From Bacteroidales bacterium (GTDB lineage Bacteria; Bacteroidota; Bacteroidia; Bacteroidales; UBA1715): a stretch of DNA of 64,000 nucleotides. A program made the position numbers and the translations under genes. The stretch covers positions 12,752-76,751 of the forward strand of contig JAFZOY010000028.1 in assembly GCA_017552705.1 (NCBI GenBank), read 5' to 3'. Of this stretch, positions 59,001 through 64,000 are shown piece after piece (position 1 is the first letter of the stretch; every line of letters starts with the position of its first letter). The notes under the pieces are model-generated. The model searched no databases and was not told the origin of the DNA. It saw only the letters and a list, made by a program, of their open reading frames with translations.

Positions 59001-59612
59001 TGTTTCCGAAGTGATTGCATCGGAAAGCGCGAGTAAAAAATTACCGTCGGAATCATAAATTTCATAGGTGTTGTCGCACGGTTCATTATAGATTTCCACC
59101 GTATTATTAAGTGTGAAATCCTGTTGGAACTCGTTTTTTATATGTTCGTTTTCAAACGGAAATTGTTTTTTAATGAGCATCAAAACAAAATAGTTGCGAT
59201 TTCCTTTTTGCTCATTTTCAAGCAAATACCACGCATTCCCACTGAAAAAAAGTTTTGCGTTCTGGTCAAGCAGTTGGTAATAGGGTGGAATGCTGTTGTC
59301 GGACCAGTAGAGGATTTTTTTGTTTTCGAACACGAAAAACGAAAGGTTCTGGCTTTCTATCCATGCCTTGTTTTTGATGCGGAAATCTTCGTAGTCGCCA
59401 AATTCAGCGCTGTCGGGAAGCGCCACAAGTTGTTTTTGCAGAGATTGCGCAAACGTTTGTTTTTCGTTTATAACATTCTGAAACTGAACAATATCGCAAC
59501 GGGAAACTTTTGTGCCATTGTCAAAAATGTTGCGCGACATCAGCGCACCGATAGTGAATGTTGCAATTGCAAGAATCAGAAAACAATATGTCCGAAATCG
59601 AGATTGTTCCAA
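56046..59612 (-). CDS. giant polytopic sensor histidine kinase (NtrY-like HisKA plus HATPase_c), no receiver domain
   Basis: H-box ARQIAHEIKNPLTPMKLSLQLL. N/G boxes NLLKNATQAI, HDNGRGI and GSGFGLAICKNII. About 12 predicted TM helices and two extracytoplasmic regions upstream. The only available start is the TTG at 59610-59612, so the start is uncertain. Confidence 0.8.
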   Translation of the reverse strand: MEQSRFRTYCFLILAIATFTIGALMSRNIFDNGTKVSRCDIVQFQNVINEKQTFAQSLQKQLVALPDSAEFGDYEDFRIKNKAWIESQNLSFFVFENKKILYWSDNSIPPYYQLLDQNAKLFFSGNAWYLLENEQKGNRNYFVLMLIKKQFPFENEHIKNEFQQDFTLNNTVEIYNEPCDNTYEIYDSDGNFLLALSDAITSETSDWKLAAPVVLFVLSFALFVLFLGMFPKKNWIVSILAYVLLFGVAFIMQNQVKKDFMVYQESIVILVLTYIVFTIKKQWKPEILSYIIFGIVSFILCGTATGFIKSLAFHSGIELELFNLLSTNIWSFIAYFEIAALLFLYFAFYFRFSKEFEFEQKYSLFILIGICLLTPTLTLILMESPSEFYPYLFGFYCITTISIVLFSYFRRHESPTFALKLLFLVITVIYTETAISIYLGKYKAGMREMLATEWANEQDPVAEQFLASVYKSTRSDVMLQGMMKNAENQDVDIKNYLQKMYFNGWLKQYDLECTICGTDKEFNESNKLENCESYFRQMVATSGKHISDTNYYFINNQDGNITYFDAIEYKRSDSSIIKLYIELHSKTNVQGFGYPTILLDNAETPQFPDNYSLAKYKNGKLISKHGKYPYSQKLTLRCDKEMETFYDTQHHIAHLAYKINDQYTVVVSNRTYQFINYLMWFPYIFLFFFLLMLIFLKCCDKTPIQITHSLSSQIKRSQIGLLVGSFIIVALGGTVFIKSYNTRQQRMYLEEKIASAAKDFSQTYKDFAVIPAADKTYLQNKLTELANIYSTDVNLYDTNGDLIASSRPEVFQFRLVNEKMATRAFYQLIKRSHSAYSQEENIGNLHFTSAYMSIINSQNDVLGYLNLPNFSNEEDFKQQFVGLFVSLLNIFVVLLFLATILSMFIAKRISEPLVVLQNKMTSVAIGEENEKISLKAPDELKGVIQNYNEMIDKLSVSAEKLAKAEREMAWREMARQIAHEIKNPLTPMKLSLQLLNRSWDEKDEKFETRLKTISKTIIEQIDTLADTATSFSDFAKLSKVVLEPININELLQNCITLFEQEENITITSDFKEQDVIVLADKEKTMRLFNNLLKNATQAIPTDQKGLISVTLQTEQNFARIAIHDNGRGIDDEVKKHIFELHFTTKSTGSGFGLAICKNIIEGCNGEIWFETELGVGTTFFVKLPLQKE

Positions 59613-59716
59613 TGTAAATTCGATAAGATTTTCAAAAATAATATTTTTTCAGACCTGATTTGAGATGTTACGTGAAAATATTTTTCAATAAAAGTTGCAA
59701 ATACAAAAAATACATT

Positions 59717-59724
59717 TATTTTTG
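59717..59724 (+). promoter_or_regulatory. -7 promoter box TATTTTTG for tRNA-Pro
   Basis: TAnnTTTG consensus 12 nt upstream of the tRNA 5' end, the same spacing as at tRNA-Glu. Confidence 0.5.
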
Positions 59725-59735
59725 CGTCGGTTTAA

Positions 59736-59810
59736 CGGGGTATAGTACAGTCCGGTTAGTATGCTTGGTTTGGGACCAAGAGGTCACAGGTTCGAATCCT
59801 GTTACCCCGA
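59736..59810 (+). tRNA. tRNA-Pro (anticodon UGG)
   Basis: CGGGGTA-TA-GTAC-AGTCCGGTTA-GTAT-G-CTTGG-TTTGGGA-CCAAG-AGGTC-ACAGG-TTCGAAT-CCTGT-TACCCCG-A; perfect 7-bp acceptor stem. Confidence 0.9.
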
Positions 59811-59815
59811 CACCG

Positions 59816-59850
59816 AAAGGACGAAATCAGTAGTGGTTCCGTCCTTTTTT
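59816..59850 (+). terminator. hairpin terminator after tRNA-Pro
   Basis: AAAGGACG (59816-59823) pairs with CGTCCTTT (59840-59847), running into TTTTTT (59845-59850). The 16-nt loop is rather long. Confidence 0.5.
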
Positions 59851-59852
59851 GT

Positions 59853-60842
59853 TTAGTATTGTTTGTCCATTGGATATACTACACCCCATTCTTTTCGCAG
59901 GGAATCCATCTGTTGCATAACCGAAATTGTTTCGGCATGAGGCATCATTGGCGATTCAAGCAGCCCTGATTCTATGCAGCGGCGGCTTTCCATCACTTGA
60001 TATTCGTAGCCCGAAATCATATTTTCAGGCTTTAGGTAGGTTTCCACAAGGCTGTAGTTACGGTACACTTCAACTCGTTCGGGGCAATTCACGTTGTCAA
60101 CACGGATGTATCCCTCGGTGCCGCTGATAATACCTTGACGGTCGTTGAGACAGCGTGCGCCAGCCTGCAAATTTGCCATTTTGCCGTCGGCGTAACTCAA
60201 CGAAATGCTTTCCTGCATGTCCATTTCTGTTTCGCCTAACTGACAGTTGGTCACGGTTTTCACAACATTGTTGCCAAAATACATACGGGCAAAATTCAGC
60301 ACATAGACGCCCACGTCGAGCAACGCACCGCCACACAATGCCGGGTTGGTGATGCGCTCTTTGTCTTCCAACGGATAACACAACGAGGCTGAAAGCAACC
60401 GAGGTTCTCCAATGGCACCATTTTCAAGCAATTCCTTAATTTTGTGTGACAGAGGCATATAGCGAGTCCAAATGGCTTCGGTTACAAATACGTTCCGTTT
60501 TTTTGCAAATTCCAGCAAATCCTTTGCCTCGCGGGCATTTGCGGTAAACGCCTTTTCAACAAGACAAGGTTTTCCGTGCTCAATGGCAAGTTTTGTGTGT
60601 TGGTAGTGATGTGAGTGCGGAGTGGCGATATAAATCATATCAATTTCTTTCTCGGAAACCAATTCCTCGTAGGAACCAAATGCCTTGCAAATGTTCCACT
60701 TTGAGGCAAATGCCTGTGCTTTTTCGAGTGAACGGGACGCTACGGCAAAAATTTCGTACCCATCCATTGCCGCAACTGTTTCCGCCATTTTTCCGGCTAT
60801 CCAGCCAGCTCCGAGAATCCCTATTTTGAACGTTTTACCCAT
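59853..60842 (-). CDS. Gfo/Idh/MocA family oxidoreductase
   Basis: N-terminal Rossmann motif FKIGILGAGWIAGKMAE, the EKAF context LVEKAF, and typical length of 329 aa. A minus-strand -7 box TACATTTG lies at 60862-60869. Confidence 0.85.
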   Translation of the reverse strand: MGKTFKIGILGAGWIAGKMAETVAAMDGYEIFAVASRSLEKAQAFASKWNICKAFGSYEELVSEKEIDMIYIATPHSHHYQHTKLAIEHGKPCLVEKAFTANAREAKDLLEFAKKRNVFVTEAIWTRYMPLSHKIKELLENGAIGEPRLLSASLCYPLEDKERITNPALCGGALLDVGVYVLNFARMYFGNNVVKTVTNCQLGETEMDMQESISLSYADGKMANLQAGARCLNDRQGIISGTEGYIRVDNVNCPERVEVYRNYSLVETYLKPENMISGYEYQVMESRRCIESGLLESPMMPHAETISVMQQMDSLRKEWGVVYPMDKQY

Positions 60843-60992
60843 GCTTTTGTAACTTATTTATTCCCAAATGTATTTCCACTTTTGTATGAAATACAACCAT
60901 AAAAGTAACACATTTTCAAACAATTCAAAAAAAGTTTTACCTCTGCCTTGTTTTGGCACACCCTGGTTTTTCTTTTGTGGAAAATTATAGGT

Positions 60993-61520
60993 ATGAAAAA
61001 CAAAACTATTCTATTACTGGCAGTTGGCGACGGTGCTATCAACATTGTGGAGCAGAATAAAGAGAAATTTCCCGATGTGGTTGAAATAGTCTCAATACGT
61101 GTGGTTCAAGGCGATGTTGATGACGTGGATGCACCAGAGTATTGGGCGAAGATGTTGCAACTTATTGTTTCAGATGAAATTATGGCTGTTAGCGTATTGA
61201 ATTGCCTTGGAGGAGACTCACGGGGCACTATTCTGCCCATTTGCAAAGCCCTTTCGGAGTATAAAAACAGCATCTTCTTAGAGGGATGGTTTATTTACCC
61301 ATTTTCGTTCGAGGGGAACTCTTGTTTTTTTAACGCACAAAGTAAAATAAGCCTTTTGGAAGATGAGGAGTATTTTAAGTCGGGCTATTTCGAAGTTACA
61401 ACAATTTGCAACGACGACATGTTTTCCGAATTTCCCCAGTTGCCGTTCCACGCCGCATTGCGCCAATTCAACGGAGAAATATGCAACGAAATACTCAGTT
61501 TGTACATGGATTTTTTATAA
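60993..61520 (+). CDS. truncated, degenerate FtsZ/tubulin-like protein (N-terminal GTPase-domain homologue only)
   Basis: From the ATG at 60993 (175 aa). Hand alignment to E. coli FtsZ:
- ILLLAVGDGAINIVEQ vs IKVIGVGGGGGNAVEHM
- IMAVSVLNCLGGDSRGTILPICKALSE vs [26 protein letters not shown]
- WFIYPFSFEGNSCFFNAQSKISLL vs VVTKPFNFEGKKRMAFAEQGITEL
- TTICNDDMF vs ITIPNDKLL
- AALRQFNGEI vs DAFGAANDVL
The protein ends about where helix H7 would be. Confidence 0.5.
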   Translation: MKNKTILLLAVGDGAINIVEQNKEKFPDVVEIVSIRVVQGDVDDVDAPEYWAKMLQLIVSDEIMAVSVLNCLGGDSRGTILPICKALSEYKNSIFLEGWFIYPFSFEGNSCFFNAQSKISLLEDEEYFKSGYFEVTTICNDDMFSEFPQLPFHAALRQFNGEICNEILSLYMDFL

Positions 61521-61569
61521 CTTTGTAAAGATGGAAATTTTATAAAAAATAATTTTTAAATATACTATT

Positions 61570-61911
61570 ATGCCACAAATGATTAATTACGGAGGCGAAA
61601 CGATTCGCATTAGTTCTAAAGGTGTTGAATATTCCACAAACGGAGGACGTTCGTGGATGTCGCGTTATACAGGTTCGTCGTGCGGAACGTTCATTGATCT
61701 TCTTCCATACGGCAGAGAATTGCTGGCAATAACGTCGAAAGGTGTTTACTATTCCACAAACGAAGGACGCTCATGGATGTCGCGTTATACGGGTAGTTCC
61801 TGCGGCACATTCCAATCGTTGATGGACGGTGGCAGAGAACTCCTTGCCAACACCAGCAAAGGGTTGTACTATTCTACAAATGATGGAAGAAGTTGGATGA
61901 GGAGAGGGTAA
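61570..61911 (+). CDS. small BNR/Asp-box repeat protein (2.75 tandem 40-aa blades)
   Basis: Three copies of SKG[VL]xYSTNxGRSWM (Asp-box-like S-x-N-x-G-x-S-W) at residues 16, 56 and 96, with an exact 40-aa period. Confidence 0.6.
   Translation: MPQMINYGGETIRISSKGVEYSTNGGRSWMSRYTGSSCGTFIDLLPYGRELLAITSKGVYYSTNEGRSWMSRYTGSSCGTFQSLMDGGRELLANTSKGLYYSTNDGRSWMRRG
61615..61908 (+). repeat. intragenic tandem repeat, 120-nt unit x 2.45
   Basis: Units are 61615-61734, 61735-61854 and a partial 61855-61908. By hand count, units 1 and 2 share 32/40 aa and about 84/120 nt. Several differences are synonymous, including a TCG/AGT serine switch. Confidence 0.8.
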
Positions 61912-61939
61912 ATGTTTAATAATATTGAAAAAATAAAAC

Positions 61940-63598
61940 ATGGATGCAACAATAACTCTCAAACAATATCTGGGCAAAAACAAAACATTCGTTATACCAG
62001 ACTACCAACGCGGATATGTCTGGGGAAAGAATCGTATTGGAGAAAAAAACTCCGTTGAGAATCTATTGGATGATTTGGTGTTAAGATATAACAATAGTAC
62101 TGAAGTTTTTTTGCAAGGATTTACAGTCACAGAAAAAAATGATGAAATTATCCTAATTGATGGTCAACAAAGAACGACATGTCTATATCTATTGTTGAAA
62201 TGGCTTGGATACAAAAATAAATTTGATATTAGATACGACATACGTGAGAAGTCCGATGATTTTCTTAAAACATTAAATCTTAATGACTTTGATGAAAAAC
62301 CGTATGAAGAATATCAAGACATTTTCTTCTTCAAGAAAACCATTCGTATCATCAAAGACAAACTAAAGGATGTTGATAAAAAGGATTTTTGTGCCTTTTT
62401 ATTGGATAAAGTCAAGTTTTTATACATTAATGTGGAAGAAAGGCAAGCATCCAAGGTTTTTGCGATGATGAATGGTAGCAAGGCTGAGATGCAACAAGAA
62501 GAAATAATAAAAGCTGAAATACTCCGCCTTGCTTCCCTAAACATGGAATCCCAGATTGACTACTCTCAAGAATGGGAACACAATATGCTACGAAGCCGAT
62601 ATGCAAGAGAATGGGATAATTGGCTACATTGGTGGAATACTCCTAATGTTCAATCCTTGTTCCAATGTCAAAACAACATGGGGCTTCTTATCTCTTCATA
62701 TCTTCATTTAAAGAAGGGAGATAAATTGACGTTTGAGAATTTCAAAGCAGAATGTTTGCCAAACGGTCAACCGATAGAAGCCAAAAAAACGTTTGATGGT
62801 CTTCGAAGACTTCAAAAAAGATTCGAGGATGCATACAACAAACCTATTAAGCACAATATGATTGGGGCTATTTTGCGAATTTTTGATTCGGACAACCAAA
62901 AGAAGTTTATTCATTACTATTTCGTAGAAGACCATCGTAGTGAACTTGAGAAATACTATAATCTAGCTTTTCTTGAAATGAAACACGATGAAATCACTAC
63001 TAAAGATCCCAAAAATTTTGAAGAAAAATTTGAGGAAAAATTTGACAATATGCTGCATCGATTATCAGAAGACTTACTTTATGAGGACGATAAAGAAGCA
63101 GCATTTCGTTTTCTATTGCGACTTAACATAGATGAAGACAACAAACAAAACGGAGGGGATGGACGTGTTTTTGATTTTTCAATCTGGGACAATGGCGTTC
63201 GTTCGTTAGAACACGTGTTTCCGAAGTCTAAAGTTGGACATTTTGTTATTACTTCAGAAGGTAATCACTGGGAAGGTGGTGACAATAAACAACGAGAAAA
63301 AAAAGATTTTTCTTGTTTTCGAGATGATATCAAGAAAAAGAATGGAACTTGTCAAACGACGGAGCATAGTATAGGTAATTTGGTCTTATTGTATAAAGGA
63401 GACAACTCCACTTTTAGCAACAATGATTTTGAAGACAAAAAGAATTACTTCTTTAATACCAACGTAAAGGAGTTTTTTAATAGTCGTCATCTTCTTCATA
63501 CAATATACATTTTTGCCAATTCGAAATGGGGAGCTGTAGATATTGCAGAAAACAAAGAACGGCTTATTAACCAATTCAAAATGTTTTATAACAAATAA
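61940..63598 (+). CDS. DUF262/DUF1524 protein (GmrSD-like type IV restriction nuclease family)
   Basis: N-terminal DUF262 motifs FVIPDYQRGYVWG and LIDGQQRTTCLYLLL. C-terminal His-Me/HNH-like DUF1524 motifs SLEHVFPKS and IGNLVLLYKGDNSTFSNNDFEDKK. Confidence 0.75.
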   Translation: MDATITLKQYLGKNKTFVIPDYQRGYVWGKNRIGEKNSVENLLDDLVLRYNNSTEVFLQGFTVTEKNDEIILIDGQQRTTCLYLLLKWLGYKNKFDIRYDIREKSDDFLKTLNLNDFDEKPYEEYQDIFFFKKTIRIIKDKLKDVDKKDFCAFLLDKVKFLYINVEERQASKVFAMMNGSKAEMQQEEIIKAEILRLASLNMESQIDYSQEWEHNMLRSRYAREWDNWLHWWNTPNVQSLFQCQNNMGLLISSYLHLKKGDKLTFENFKAECLPNGQPIEAKKTFDGLRRLQKRFEDAYNKPIKHNMIGAILRIFDSDNQKKFIHYYFVEDHRSELEKYYNLAFLEMKHDEITTKDPKNFEEKFEEKFDNMLHRLSEDLLYEDDKEAAFRFLLRLNIDEDNKQNGGDGRVFDFSIWDNGVRSLEHVFPKSKVGHFVITSEGNHWEGGDNKQREKKDFSCFRDDIKKKNGTCQTTEHSIGNLVLLYKGDNSTFSNNDFEDKKNYFFNTNVKEFFNSRHLLHTIYIFANSKWGAVDIAENKERLINQFKMFYNK

Positions 63599-63606
63599 AA
63601 TACAAT

Positions 63607-64000
63607 ATGATAAAGAATAAAATTAACTTCGTTACAGGAGAGACTTATACATTGGAAGAACTATTCTCTGGAAATCGCAGAATCATTATTCCAGACCTCC
63701 AACGTGACTATTGCTGGGGTGATAGAGTTCACACTGAAGAGAAAAAAGAACTTGTGAGTGGTTTTGTTAATAATTTGACAGACCAATTTGACAATACAGA
63801 TTTTAATGATTTTCTGAATCTGGGTTTACTATACGGTTATGAAGCTCCTACAAATCACATCCAACTATGCGATGGTCAGCAACGTATTACGACATTATAT
63901 CTTTTGTTAGGGATGTTGAATAGGAAGACGGAAGAAAATTTTTTTAGAAAGTATCTTATTTCGGATTATGAATATTTGCAAGATGACAAAGAGCCTTACT
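63607..64000 (+). CDS. second DUF262 domain protein, 3' end cut by window edge
   Basis: ATG at 63607, 8 nt after the previous stop; open to the window end, so it is absent from the ORF track. Motifs IIIPDLQRDYCWG and LCDGQQRITTLYLLLG. Confidence 0.7.
   Translation, partial: MIKNKINFVTGETYTLEELFSGNRRIIIPDLQRDYCWGDRVHTEEKKELVSGFVNNLTDQFDNTDFNDFLNLGLLYGYEAPTNHIQLCDGQQRITTLYLLLGMLNRKTEENFFRKYLISDYEYLQDDKEPY

Noticed and set aside
60948-60992. Upstream extension of the FtsZ-like ORF
   Set aside because: It starts at a non-ATG codon in the intergenic region, and the homology to the FtsZ N-terminus begins right after the ATG at 60993.
1-64000. CRISPR arrays, rRNA genes, IS elements, integrases, phage structural genes
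   Set aside because: I looked for regularly spaced short direct repeats in all intergenic regions and for transposase, integrase or capsid-like ORFs and found none. The only tandem repeat is the intragenic 120-nt BNR repeat at 61615-61908.

Overview
This 64-kb window reads as a Bacteroidota chromosome, probably Bacteroidales-like. The supporting signs are TAnnTTTG -7 promoter boxes ahead of genes and tRNAs, many lipoproteins, PorQ with T9SS-sorted cargo, and a TonB-receptor/DUF4249 pair. I call about 55 protein genes and 3 tRNAs (Glu-CUC, Phe-GAA, Pro-UGG). I found no rRNA, CRISPR array, IS element, integrase or prophage.

Most of the window is housekeeping: asnB (5' cut), aspS, a succinate/acetate CoA-transferase, thyA and folA, xth, ispH, cmk, metY, rarA and cdaA. 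It also holds a surface-glycan cluster (fused GT2-GT4, TagD-like, LicD, GT8, LtaS-like, EptA-like), a three-gene outer-membrane block, a T9SS-secreted GH44/CBM6 enzyme, and an envelope operon (TPR, DUF4292, M23, and a giant Q-rich membrane protein).

Several visibly AT-rich accessory inserts sit between these:
- about 27.8-32.9 kb: a PIN toxin-antitoxin pair, a secreted FISUMP-like protein, and a divergent UDG-fold protein paired with a 2-TM protein.
- 34.8-36.6 kb: a compact type II C5-methyltransferase plus a small putative endonuclease.
- 40.9-41.9 kb: a zeta-like ATPase.
- 61.0-64.0 kb, running off the window: a same-strand cluster of a truncated, degenerate FtsZ/tubulin-like protein, a 113-aa BNR mini-propeller repeat protein, a GmrSD-like DUF262/DUF1524 nuclease and a second DUF262 protein.

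The 61.0-64.0 kb cluster is my best candidate for an undescribed system, with the UDG-like/2-TM pair second. All family calls rest on motif recognition and hand alignment from memory. No database search was run.
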